Made by a program: the position numbers and the translations under genes. The notes below the pieces were generated by a model. It searched no databases and was not told where the DNA came from. It saw only the letters and a list, made by a program, of their open reading frames with translations. Below, in pieces: positions 1 through 12,740 of a stretch of DNA of 64,000 bases (positions within the stretch are counted from its first letter, which is position 1; every line of letters starts with the position of its first letter). Source of the DNA: Veleropilina oligotropha (taxonomy: Eukaryota); contig JBEUKZ010000107.1 in the NCBI GenBank assembly GCA_048128005.1, positions 186,001 through 250,000 on the forward strand, written 5' to 3'.

Positions 1-163
1 CATCTTTATTTTGAATTTTTTTGAAAATATTTGGCGTGTAATATATTTAGTGCATATATGTGTTCAGCGTATAATTGGCCGCATGACAGTTATCCATTGC
101 CTAAGAGCGTGGAATCTGAATTCACTGGTTTGACTGCTCTAATTAACAGGAGTGTGTTGATAT

Positions 164-1000
164 CTCCAGGTCATACTGGGGTCAGTGCAGCTCCAGGTCA
201 TACTGGGGTCAGTGCAGCTCCAGGTCATACTGGGGTCAGTGCAGCTCCAGGTCATACTGGGGTCAGTACAGCTCCAGGTCATACTGGGGTCAGTGCAGCT
301 CCAGGTCATACTGGGGTCAGTGCAGCTCCAGGTCATACTGGGGTCAGTACAGCTCCAGGTCATACTGGGGTCAGTGCAGCTCCAGGTCATACTGGGGTCA
401 GTACAGCTCCAGGTCATACTGGGGTCAGTACAGCTCCAGGTCATGCTGGGGTCAGTACAGCTCCAGGTCATACTGGGGTCAGTGCAGCTCCAGGTCATAC
501 TGGGGTCAGTACAGCTCCAGGTCATACTGGGGTCAGTGCAGCTCCAGGTCATACTGGGGTCAGTACAGCTCCAGGTCATACTGGGGTCAGTACAGCTCCA
601 GGTCATGCTGGGGTCAGTACAGCTCCAGGTCATACTGGGGTCAGTGCAGCTCCAGGTCATACTGGGGTCAGTGCAGCTCCAGGTCATACTGGGGTCAGTA
701 CAGCTCCAGGTCATACTGGGGTCAGTACAGCTCCAGGTCATACTGGGGTCAGTACAGCTCCAGGTCATACTGGGGTCAGTACAGCTCCAGGTCATACTGG
801 GGTCAGTGCAGCTCCAGGTCATACTGGGGTCAGTGCAGCTCCAGGTCATACTGGGGTCAGTACAGCTCCAGGTCATACTGGGGTCAGTGCAGCTCCAGGT
901 CATACTGGGGTCAGTACAGCTCCAGGTCATACTGGGGTCAGTGCGGCTCCAGGTCATACTGGGGTCAGTACAGCTCCAGGTCATACTGGGGTCAGTGCAG
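164..1000. repeat. 27-bp minisatellite, ~31 copies (ctccaggtcatactggggtcagt[g/a]cag)
   Basis: Directly visible perfect tandem array; copies differ mainly by one g/a site. Confidence 0.97.
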
Positions 1001-1217
1001 GCAGGTTTTTCATCCCATGTTAAAATGGACATGTCCTGAGATGACCCTGTGGTTTATTAAATTAAAGTTTAAAGCATCAATCCAAAAGTATGCAGAAATA
1101 ATATGTTATTTCATTGAATAATGTGATAATACCACATAGCATATTCATGCAACAGTGCTATACATTATATGCATTCAGACTTCATTTGAAAGTTGAAACA
1201 CTGTGATAATATATATC

Positions 1218-1669
1218 CAGTGTTCTCCCCGGGCACTTATAAGGTGGTGGGTCCGCCTCCCTATGGTCCTTATAAGGTGGTGGGTCCACCTCCCTATGGT
1301 CCTTATAAGGTGGTGGGTCCGCCTCCCTATGGTCCTTATAAGGTGGTGGGTCTGCCTCCCTATGGTCCTTATAAGGTGGTGGGTCCACCACCCTATGGTC
1401 CTTATAAGGTGGTGGGTCCACCACCCTATGGTCCTCCGCCACCGTATGACCCTTCCATGCCACCTTTCCACACCTTTAAAAAAATATGACTTCCATTCCA
1501 TATGTTCACCCCATAAAAGTCATATAATTAATATATACAATATATATACTAGTATATATATACATGCATAAATACATACATACACACACACACACACGCG
1601 AGCGAACACAAGCGACACCTCCGCGACTTAATTCTCCCGCCTTATAATTTCAATCCAGGGAGAACCCTG
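1218..1669. mobile_element. hAT-type MITE with internal 33-bp tandem repeat (6 copies, 1236..1434)
   Basis: TIRs cagtgttctccccgg / ccagggagaaccctg (13/15 match); identical 8-bp flanks tatatatc at 1210-1217 and 1670-1677 (8-bp TSD is typical of hAT). Confidence 0.8.
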
Positions 1670-3338
1670 TATATATCCTATGTCTGTTTACAATTCATGA
1701 TATTATGATGTAGACCTATTTGTATATATGCATATGAAATGTAACCCTTGGAAACTATTTAACCTCGAAATACATTTCTGCTTGTAATTAGTATCAATTA
1801 ACATACATCGCATACATTTCCTGGTGTCACAAATAAAATATACATCTCCCGTCTGTTAAATTCTATTGTGAAGTATATCATCTGTCTAGATAACAATTTT
1901 TGAATATGACATTTAAGTCCGCGCATATTACAAATTGACTGATCTATTTACCCATTGCAAGGTAAAAGAATGAACATTTATATCGTTTATCTAGATACAT
2001 GTACTTAATTTAAATTAGTTTGTCAGAATGATTATATATAATTGTGACAAAGTGGCCAATTAATTGGAGGGCATTTAATAATAATATGGGAATTTGGATC
2101 CATGTGATATATTCCATTCCCACATATTATAATATATATATTTAGCTTAATATTTATGAATAAATGAATTTAAAATTATATAACTTTGAGATCTTTAAAT
2201 ACACAGTCATTATTTATATAACGAAGAATGACGTTGTACTACCAAGTAGATTTGATAATCATCATCAAACCATATTGGGTCTGATCTACAATAATAATTA
2301 TTGATAGTTCATGTATTGATAGTTCTTGTATGTGATGCTAGCATGACAGTATGTCTATATTAAACTATGACAATCTTGCAATAATAGATTTGTCATTGAG
2401 TTTGCTTTCCTAAGAATTTTTGTTTCATATAGGTTATTTAGTAAGAATTTTCTCTGATCTCCATATAACACAATTATTTCACGCATGTCCTATTTGATGC
2501 AAACGAACAGTAATGAAAAGAGAGGCCGCATAACGTTCATATTCGCTACTCGCAATTTGTGTTTGGTCGACAGCATTTAAATATATTGCATTCTATTTCA
2601 CCTAACAATTGCGTTATGTTCATTAGAAAAATCTATAGACTCCATTTGTAAACTGAATCGCGAATAAATATTTGCCTCAAAATGTCAATATTGCATTTAT
2701 TTGCCGACCTCGATAATCGTTTGTCGTTAAGCTGTTGCGGCAGATACCTTTCATTTTCCAGCGTCGTTGCACAATCATTTTAGCAGCCTCTTGTAATATC
2801 CTGCTCGCAGACTAGCAGACAATGATTTATGCCGCTCATAAAAACAATGCCTTTTGTCCCAAATACGCTCTGGATTTAAGGCGATCCCAGGTAACTATCT
2901 TTGTTGCGGCTATTTCTGGGGATGTATTAGCGGATATTGATTTAGAAGGAAAAACGCTAGTTTCGTCCCCCGAAGCCTATTTGCACTGGAGATCGCAGCT
3001 CATCAAGGAATAGATGATGGTCGAGTAGTTGATCTCATAGCCTACATGAACCGTCATGTTCATTAATATGAACTATGCGGTATGCTACTTTTTAATAGTG
3101 TTTCGTTTCCTTGATACGTTATTTATTGCATCTAGGTCATTGTGTGTTGTGCAAAATATTCCATTATATAATTATGATATTCAGCAGTGCAAAAAATGTA
3201 ATCCGTAATAAGAGGCACAGAGAGGACACGTTATATTAAACAGCATCTATAGTTGATTCACGAACATTTTGTCATTTTAATGAATTTTGGGGTGTATCAT
3301 CGAGTTAACTTCATATATATCGATTCTTCGTTACATTA

Positions 3339-4444
3339 TTGTATCCCCTGAAACGAAAGTGTCGGGGGATACTATGGTCAGAAGAGAGATTCCTCGTGAT
3401 CGCTCTAGACAGGCCATTTCTTAAAGCATTTGGGAATGTTTTCAAATTTGGTATGTGCATTGGTTGGGGCGAGGACACGACACCTATAGAATTTAGGTGT
3501 GGTCCGACCTCCAAGATGGCCGCTGTGGCCTCCATCTTGGATTTTAAGCATAATTCCTCGTGATCGCTCCAGACAGGTCATTTCTTTACGGAATGTTTTC
3601 ATATTTGGTATGTGCATTGGTTGGGGCGAGGACACGGCACCTATAGAAGTTGGTTGTTGTCCGACCTCCAAGATGGCCGCTGTGGCCTCCATCTTGGATT
3701 TTAAGCATAATTCCTCGTGATCGCTCTAGACAGGCTGTTTCTCAACGGAATCTTTTCAAATTTGATATGTGCATTGGTTGGGGCGAGGACACATTTACCA
3801 ATTATGCCAGATAAAATTGGAAAGCAGGAAGTGCCTCGGCGGTCATTAGAGCATTTGTTTCAAGTAGCAATATATCAAAAAGGATGAACCGTGGACACAT
3901 AGTTACTATGGGAAGTCAAGGTTGATCTTGTGATCTTGACCTTTGACATCAGTTGACCTACATTGCAGGAAATGACCTAATTAAGGAAAAAGCCATATGT
4001 TTGCCAGAAAATGGTCCGGAATTGGCTAACTCGATTAATATTGATGCTAGAGCTTGATATTTTAAATTAGGAAAATTAAAAAATTCGAAAAAAAACGAAC
4101 AAAATGGCCACCACATTTTTCTTAAAAAGGCCAGAACTCGAGACTGACGTGGTGTACAGACCTGAAATTTGTGGCATTCGAATCAGAGTGGCCTGCAAGA
4201 TGGCCGCCACGACCACCATAATTGCTTGTGGTTGCTCTAGTTTCTTAACGGAATGTTTCCAAGTTTGGTATGTGCATTGGTTTGGGTGGGGGACATGACA
4301 CCTATAGATATTGGGTGTGGTCCGACCTTCAAGATGGCCGCTGTGGCTGCCATCTTGGATTTTAATGCATAATTCCTTGTGATTGCTCTAGATAGGTCAT
4401 TACCGGGGGATACATATGCGGTCACTCATGACTGAGCATCTAGT
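3339..4444 (+). mobile_element. Helentron-associated non-autonomous element (HINE/DINE-1-like) with ~160-bp internal repeats
   Basis: 5' ttgtatcccc...gggggatac stem; internal repeats at ~3391, 3555, 3713; 3' ggggatac subterminal IR + hairpin + ctagt. Confidence 0.7.
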
Positions 4445-5677
4445 TTCATGTATACATGTAGATTAGTGTTTTTTGCAAAATATTTCATCTTATTGAAAAA
4501 TGATCTACTTAGAGTATGCACATTTTAATCAATATTAAAACGAGGTACTTCACGGGCAAAGTCTAACTGCGTTACCGTGATGGGTTAAGCACATTATTCG
4601 GTCGACGCTATAAATAGCATAAAAGTGTTCGTTAATGACTAAAGAATAATTTATTTGCAAGATTGCTTTTGGAAGTGGGCGAACAGTTTCGCACTTTATT
4701 TGCGTCAGGGATGGAAGCAGGTGATAACATTTTCCAATTTGAATTTGACTAATTCATACATAAGAACCGCAACGATATTCAACTGACTTAGACTGTAACT
4801 ATCAAGCCATGACGAAGACTTGTTTGTGAATAGGCATTGACAGTAAACTATTTTCTTCATGGATAATAGCTTCGGGATGTTCTGGCAATTGTGACTGACA
4901 AGACTTAAATGTGTGCAAATAATGTTAAGCCCATTATATCGTTTAGTAGCCTGAATTTGATAGTAAATGCAAGCAAATCCAAGTGATCTTTTCATGACTG
5001 TTACACCTGGGTGTCTCGTTCTGGATAGGAAGTGCGTTCAGGTACAGGTAATTGGCATCCTTGTCTGACCTGACAAAATTGCGAGCGATTTGAATTGATT
5101 TGTGTCGCAGCCAGATTGATTTACTGGCAACAACATGTGGATATGACACGGATTTAATGTCGATCGTTAAACAGGTCACTGTGTGCTAATGAAGACAATT
5201 TGTGCAATGAAATATTGACGATTTCAGCCGTGGAGCTCTGCTGCTCGTGAGGGATGATAGGATGTCTGGGTGACAATTTCACATGGTTTGTTACTTTTAT
5301 ATTAGCTGTTTCTTTATAATCTTGTATATAGTTGCTTTAATAGGAGTTCTATATACCATATAACCATATTGATCTTGTTAAGTATTTATGTCCTGTATGT
5401 ATATAATGTGTTATGACTTAATCTTATGGCATAAATCCTAGGTGAGGGAGAAGGTTTGAACAACTCTCCCCTCTTCAAAGGAAGAGAGCATGTTTATGCA
5501 AAAAATATGTATTCCTTCATGTATCTAGTGGGATATTATGTATTAAACTATCGATCCTAAATGTGATAGAGCCCATCTTTTCAGGATTAGGGTTAGTGCT
5601 AGGAGTTGATTTGGGTTAGGAGTTACAGCTAGGGCTATAGGGTTAGGGATAATAATTAGGTTTAGAATTGGGGTTAA

Positions 5678-5977
5678 TCTTAATATAATGGAGCTATAAT
5701 TGTATGTGTGTCTGTCTGTCTGTCTGTTTCAAGTTGAACTCCTCCCAGACGCTTTGACCTAGGACCTTCAAACTTTGGCGGGTTAATCGGGGTCCCCCAA
5801 GGAAGGTTTACCACGAAAAAAATTCGGAAAATTCGCGAAAAAAAAATAAATTTACTATCATTTTTAATATAATGGAGAAAAAAAAATAAAAATAAAAAGG
5901 GAGCACTATCCAAAAAAAAAAAAAAAAAAAATTTGGGCTGGGGGGACTTACCCGGCGAAGACGGGTACCATTGCTAG
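5678..5977 (+). mobile_element. Non-autonomous Helitron
   Basis: Starts TC after A; (gtct)n microsatellite; 3' hairpin tacccg-gcgaaga-cgggta followed by CTAG then T; no TSD. Confidence 0.75.
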
Positions 5978-6440
5978 TAATAATAATAATAATAATAATC
6001 TTTATTTAAACTCGATAGCCTTAGTAGGTGTAACACCTATTTTCACAAGGGTCGAGAGCTAAAACAATAATACATGAAACACAACACAGAAATATATAGA
6101 ATTGAACAAATAAAAAATAAAAATGACTAAAACGAAATTAATGTATGGGATAATTTGAATGAGATAAAATGCATTGAAATAAATAAAAGTCAGTTCAATA
6201 AAACTTGAAAGACCTTGCATATTATTACAGGATAAAATATAAAAATGAAAATAAGAAGTACAATTTTACTAAAACGAAAATTTTAGATATCGGATTACAT
6301 AAAATAGAATCAATGAGACAAGTTACAGGGTTTTGGATTAGGGTAGGGTTGGGGTTAATGTTATAATGGTTAAGGTTATAATAATGGTTATGGTTAATCC
6401 CGTTATAATTAGGGTGGTTGTTATGGTTAGAATTAGGCAT

Positions 6441-6679
6441 TTTTATGCCACCACCAATTTATTGGGGTGGCATTTAGATTTACTCTTGTCCGTCCCGTCC
6501 GTCCGTCCCGTCCGTCCCGAAACCAGTATTTGCGTCTAAGCAACTCCAATCTGCTATAACTTCTATTTGCCTTCATGGATTGACTTGATACTTTGTACAC
6601 TTGCTTATCATCATTCATACTTCGTTGCTAAAGGCTGCCAGTGGGGGCATCCGTGTCCGGTGGACACATTTTTCTAGTT
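6441..6679 (+). mobile_element. Short HINE/Helentron-type element
   Basis: 5' atgccacc...ggtggcat stem, (ccgt)n tract, 3' gggggcat subterminal IR + gtgtcc/ggacac hairpin + ctagtt. Confidence 0.65.
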
Positions 6680-7287
6680 ATTGAATATGATTGTAGAAGA
6701 GTAGTTTGAAATTAAACGAAAACAGTTTATGGCAAGTATTTATAGTTTATTAATTCACACAAATAGGGTTAAAATACCCCCAAAGCCGGGAACATGCAGC
6801 GGCAGACATGTAGACATGCTGGGCAATGAAAGAGTTCAAGGATTTGTGAACCAAAACTCATAATATAGGCGAAATTTCACTGTATGGCATATTCCTATCA
6901 TATTATTTGTTATGTTGGTCTTTCACGAGTGTCCGTGTTTGTTGTAAGTTGACCTGGCGAAATCAATCAGCTCAAGTATAGTCATATTTTCAGGTCAGGG
7001 GTCGAATTTAACGTCACAATGGACAGGCCACTCGGAATCTTTTCAATTCGATGGCAACATCATTGTCCGCTAATTGGTTACTCAACAGGAACAATAGCAT
7101 TATGACTCGTGAGTCTAGTGTGTCGTCACCAAATAAGTGTTCGGGAAATTTCGGGGTGACTTGCTAAGGATATTTTGTATCCATGTTTTGATAATCTAAA
7201 TCATGGCGCTACTAATAAGAGAATAAATAACTATACGATAGCATTATTATCAGCCAGAATATATTATGTGTTCACAAATCCTTTAAT

Positions 7288-7503
7288 AGGAGTGTATTGG
7301 TTCTAATCCTCGACAGGAGTGTATTGGTTCTAATCCTCGACATGAGTGTATTGGTTTTAATCCTCGACAGGAGTGTATTGGTTCTAATCCTCGACAGGAG
7401 TGTATTGGTTCTAATCCTCGACAGGAGTGTATTGGTTCTAATCCTCGACAGGAGTGGATTGGTTCTAATCCTCGACAGGAGTGTATTGGTTCTAATGCTC
7501 GAC
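7288..7503. repeat. 27-bp minisatellite, ~8 copies (aggagtgtattggttctaatcctcgac)
   Basis: Directly visible tandem array. Confidence 0.95.
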
Positions 7504-7880
7504 TAGACACTTCGTGTCCAATTAACTGGCACAGTTGTCCATAACTGGCCAGTGCATGCTGGTCCATGACTGGCCAGTGCATGCTGGTTTTCCTGGAAGA
7601 AGGGGCATTTGATCAGGCCTCGATAATATGCATCGACCCGAACCAACAAACGGTTGATACCTGACTGACATATATATAACTGAAACATTGATGTTGGCCG
7701 TAAACATTATACCATTCAATGAATTCATACATTTTTATATTGTCTGTTATTCATTAAAGCATCATTCACAGAAATTTTTTGCTGCTAATGTTTTGTTCTA
7801 TATTACCATTCCTGTATGTTTCCGAATATCTCCTATGTTTACTGCTGGATTGCACTAAATGGCACGCCAAAAGTAAAAGT

Positions 7881-7922
7881 TCCTGACCGGTTTCGACCCA
7901 CCGTGAAGTCTTCATCAGAGGA
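7881..7922 (-). ncRNA. Minimal type I hammerhead ribozyme motif (minus-strand copy)
   Basis: Reverse complement reads tcct-CTGATGA-a-gactt(cacggt)gggtc-GAAAC-cg-GTC-agga: catalytic core, helix II, palindromic ACCGGT helix III, helix I tcct/agga. Confidence 0.75.
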
Positions 7923-8693
7923 GTGTCCTAGGTTCCAATTGAGTTCAGCCTTTTATACCCTCGCTTGTTAGTATCCTTTGCTCTATTGCACTCGCACCCG
8001 TCGGTCTACACTGTTCGGATCTAGCCTGAGACTAGTATCCCCCTTATCCACAGTTTTACTATTCCTTTAGTCTCGGGATAGATCCGAACGACATCGCACA
8101 CAAGCCATCTCTAGTATCCCCACGTAAAGTATTATACCGCGACTCCGTACCGTGATGCCACAATACATCCACACAGTTACTTCACGTAGAACTCCGCCAC
8201 TCAACTGTGAGCATCAATTTCAATGCCACTTTTGATCCAACAGTCCCCAACACTGTATCTTTGCCTGGATCCTGTTCCACTTTTCAGTTCTCCGACCCCC
8301 ACATACCCTGTGAATTGCAATACTGGCATTTCACCGGATTGTTTTGGTTTGCACGACATATTCATATCACCATTGCTATTCAGCGATACTGGATATTTTG
8401 ACCGGCTATTCCTCTCACAAACGGCTAATTCCACACCGGATATTGTGACCGGATATTTCGACCGGATATTCTGACCGGCTATTATGACCGGCTACTTTGA
8501 CCGGCTACTTCGACCGGCTATTTCGACCGGCTATTTCGAACGGATAATTCGAACGGCTATTTCGATCGTGCATTCCCATAAGCCATCACACCACGCCCGG
8601 CTATTACCACGGCTAATATGCAATTACCATGACAACCCATGATACTAACAAGCGAGGGTATAAAAGGCTGAACTCAATTGGAACCTAGGACAC

Positions 8694-8735
8694 TCCTCTG
8701 ATGAAGACTCCACAGTGGGTCGAAACCGGTCAGGA
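8694..8735 (+). ncRNA. Minimal type I hammerhead ribozyme motif
   Basis: tcct-CTGATGA-a-gactc(cacagt)gggtc-GAAAC-cg-GTC-agga; predicted cleavage after GUC at 8731; matches the minimal HHR form known from Penelope-like elements. Confidence 0.8.
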
Positions 8736-10387
8736 ACTTTTACTTTTGGCGCGCCCTTTAGTGCAATCCAGCAGTATCCCTTACATGTCAACAATTACCT
8801 CATTTGCTCTATTGCACTCTAGGGAGTCCCTGTCACCTGGTTAAAGACCACTCCAGGCGGCGAGTGAAATGAGCTTCACCCTTGTTACACTCACACCCGT
8901 TGGTCTACACTGTTCGGATCTAGCCTGAGACTAGTATCCCTCTTATCCACAATCTCCTATGTTTCTCAGTCACTCAGGTTATCATCTGTGATAACTACTT
9001 TGTAGTTTAGCCATTGCAGTGAAATAAATATACTGTGTGTTACAGTTTGGTCTCAAGACTCGTGTTTCGCTCTCAGAGGCGATGCATTTGTTGTATTGTG
9101 AGGTGAATGGCTGCTACATGCTATGAAAGCTAAAGGTTAGACTCTCATGTAGAGTCGCATTCCTTTGAATGGTGGATATTTTCTCACCACCAGCATGATG
9201 TAGGCAGATTAATTAGAGCAGGATTCACATCTTACTGTGTAAAAAACAGCATCACGCCTTGGTGGAGAACGTGATGCTTATATCCATAGCTCTGCAGCTC
9301 AGGTAATATGACAGAAGGGACAGTTTTTCTCGTAAGTTTTGTTTCTTTGTGTGCAGGGGTGTAAGGTACATCGGCGGGGAGGAGCAGCTCGAGTATATAA
9401 TTGAACCAAGTGAGACCTGCTTTGATTGTGGATAATTTGATTGAATACATGTATATTCTCATTATGGAAATTCTGCGTACATACATGTTGGTGATTTACT
9501 GCGTACATACATGTGTTGGTGATTTACTGTTTCAATTGTACAAGCTGGTTTAAGATAGTGAATTGCATGTATTTATGGGAAATTTGTAAGCATCCCTGCA
9601 TGATTTCCTGGGTCTTGTTGCCAAAAAGTGTCTGAATAATCCTGCGGAACCTCTTGTACTGCACTTGAAACAATATATCTGTGTTAATATATGTCATATA
9701 TACTTATGTGGCAAGGGGCTATCCTGCATGGTTTTTCTGCCATGATATTATGGACAATTGTCCGGTTATGCATCAGAAGGTTGATAAAACAGGACATTAA
9801 GCATCAATCTAAACCAAAATATGTGCGTATTTATATTTTGCCCTATGGCTTTATAAATAATCATTTAACAAAATTCATCTACATGTCCATTTTGGTTAGA
9901 TTTCTTTGATTCCATGATATGTACAACCTGATTCAACCAATCGTGTGTGTCGACGATAATTGACTACACCTCGGAGGATTGTCTCAGGAAGCCAGTATTT
10001 AGGGTTAGTAGACATGTGCTACTTTCTTCTAACGGACTTTCCGATAATAGAGTCAACATAACGTTTTAGGAATTTATTTGAAGAAGAATTTACTACCGGC
10101 CTTTTGAGTAAGTCTGATTTGAGCCATCTTTTCTTGAGAATACCATCTTTTCTTGAGAATACCATCTTTTCTTGAGAATACCATGGAGTTCGCTTTCATG
10201 CATATGATAGTATATGCTCTTTGTGTCGTAATGTTTTAACTTGTGGAAAATTTTGCATCAAACATTTCACCTCTGACCGAAAAAAATAAAATATGTCATG
10301 TACAATGATATCAATCTGTAGTTGAGATAAAGGTTAGTGCAAAATACATATCTCGTGTGCTCACTGACCCACAATATACATGCAATG

Positions 10388-11479
10388 ATGTTATCAGTAT
10401 TGTGTGGATTCTGGCACGTCAGAAACCTCGTGTGAGGTCATAGTTTTTGCGGCGGATTAATCGCGCGAACGAAGTTCGAGCGATTTATCCGCCGCAAAAA
10501 CTACGACCTCACGAGAGGTTTCCGATGTGTCAGAATTCACATAATTGCTGATAACATTTTTATTATATGCCACATCAAGTTTCTTATTACATTGAATCCA
10601 AAGATTTTGGTAATTTTAGTCATGAATCTGTAAAGCCTAGTGCATGTCGGGCTTGCGACTGGATCCAATCAGTCGCAAGCCGTTTCCTGCGACCAGTTGC
10701 TTGAGTTGCCGGAACCAGGAGTATCCAAACAGACGCCGGTCTCTGCCGATATGTGCGTACCTGGGACTGCTTGCGCCGAAAATTCGCCAGTTGCTGTCAG
10801 TTGCACATGTTCTATTCTTCGGCGACTGGATTGATCCAGTTGGACCCAGTTGCTCTCGGATCCCTGACATGCGCGTGCTTGCGACCAATCGATCGCCGTT
10901 GAAATGAAAGCGCCCATTTATAATTAATATATATATATATATATATGTATTTTATATAATGTACTGATGTTTTAATGTACGAATGTTTTAACTTTATGCC
11001 AAATAGGCCTATAACCAATCGACCGTTTTTGGTAGCGCAAATTCATATAATGGTTATATTCGTAATGTGTATAAGTATATATAACACCACATAATACTAC
11101 CTATATACAAAACAATCCATATATTTGATGAATTTACTTTCGTACCTTGTCAAACATGTGGGTAGTCATCTTTATTATTACACATCACATGGACATCGAT
11201 GATCACGTGCTCGTCCAGTTGCTCGCGATCGCAAGACTGACATGCGCATATTTTTGTTGCTAGTAATTTCGTGCGATCGCTGGAAATTGATATAATCCCC
11301 GACACGTGCATAGCACACACGTTGACTGCGATAAATTAGTCGGCGCGTATCTAGTCGCAAGGCTGACATGCACTAGGCTTAAGGGAGGTTGACATAGTTT
11401 AGGATTATTTAACAACGCGAATCAGTACAGAAATCGTCACGTAGCTATGCATTTGTCGCCACATCACTAGGTGTAATAA
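10388..11479. mobile_element. Palindrome-ended non-autonomous element (possibly Crypton-related), interrupted by a Harbinger MITE
   Basis: ~170-bp imperfect palindrome 10388-10557 followed by ttattata; weak partner gtgtaataa at 11471-11479; far boundary uncertain. Confidence 0.45.
10634..11379. mobile_element. PIF/Harbinger-type MITE
   Basis: TIRs agcctagtgcatgtcgggcttgcgact / agtcgcaaggctgacatgcactaggct; TAA on both flanks (10631-33, 11380-82). Confidence 0.8.
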
Positions 11480-12473
11480 TATGACGTCACCTCATAAGGA
11501 ATGTGGGAAAGGTTCTCAAGAAATTGACATTGCGAGTTGGCGTAAAATAAGAAATAATGTTCTTCCTTCTGAGTTTTATAAAATTTACCTGATGCATTTC
11601 TGTATTAATGCCTATTCATTTTTATCTAAATATAAATAATGTAATTTAAGCTCCAAGATCTGTTACTTCGATCTATATGCGGTAAAACTAACCCATGTTT
11701 TTTCATAATGACGTGGAAGTAGTTCCTATGATTTGGCAGCCATTTTGAATATATAAGCAGGAGACGTTTTCCGAATACATATCAGCTGTGTCCGTGATAC
11801 ACTGGGTCTCGGAGAAATGCGCGAGAATAGGCGTCAGAAAACGATTGGCATATAATAAAATAATGAGGATGGTATTTGTGAGTTTCTGTGTCATAAATAA
11901 TTGTTGAGTACTACTGCGTTTTCTTTTAAGAAAATAATATATTTACAATGAAGAAAAACTTAAACATTTTTATACCATGTTTGATAAAGCTGTTGGGTCT
12001 TTTGACTACTGTACTTGGCTAGCAGTTTTTTTATGCCACGGGAAAACAGATTGTGGCAGATGACAGGGCGGTGGTAAACCTGATCTTGGCTTAAAGGTCA
12101 AATATGGCAGTCATTAAATCATATATTCGTACTAGAATTATGATTATACAAACATTAAAGATATGCTAAGCCAGTTAAAACAAAAAAATTATTGAAATAA
12201 CACCAAAATACTATTGTTTAAAATTGTCACAAAGTTGGGCATGTCCAGCGAAACTTTCTTAGTGACCTGTGACCTTGCAAGCGATTATGACCTAATTATA
12301 GACTTTCCTCACCACATTCGATGGCCGTGAAATGTATTTAATTATAAAGAATATCCAAACATTTTTTTCGATGACAAAATTTTCAGAAAGTGTTTATTTG
12401 AATATTAGATAACATAAAACGATGGTATGGCTAATTTTATGTCCCACTGCCGTATTTACTGTGCATGTATTTT

Positions 12474-12740
12474 GTGGTTTTGGTTGCGACTCTGAAAAAT
12501 CACTGGCTTGATTCCGCTGACGCGAAAAGTAGTGGTGGGTTCGAACCTCTGTTGGGACATGAGTCACATGACATTATTTGTTCAAGTTATGAATCACAGT
12601 TTTCCATAACTGGTCGGAGAGTTTGAATTTCCCCAGCCGACTGGGCTTTCCAACTGGGATAGTATAGACATGTCCTGCTTTGAACCTAATTGTTGGAAAT
12701 ATACAGGACACTAAGCATTTATCCTTTCCTTTCCTTTCCT
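12474..12740 (+). mobile_element. tRNA-derived SINE copy
   Basis: B-box-like gggttcgaacc; shared 3' tail gacatgtcctgctttgaacc...aatatacaggacactaagcat + (tttcc)n; homologous to 38790..39050. Confidence 0.7.

Larger units (their letters stand above)
7841..8951 (+). mobile_element. Non-autonomous Penelope-like / retrozyme-like retroelement with 5'-inverted pseudo-LTR segment
   Basis: 13-bp TSD atctcctatgttt (7828-7840, 8952-8964); 135-bp inverted repeat 7841-7975/8641-8775; direct repeat 7989-8052/8888-8951; hammerhead motifs; no convincing ORF. Confidence 0.75.

Noticed and set aside
31..1039. 330/297/284-aa ORFs (APGHTGVS repeats etc.)
   Set aside because: Translations of a 27-bp tandem array, open in several frames on both strands; no splice or domain context
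4705..5179. Short minus-strand ORFs in unique sequence
   Set aside because: No recognisable domain or consistent splice signals; could be regulatory DNA but this cannot be supported from sequence alone
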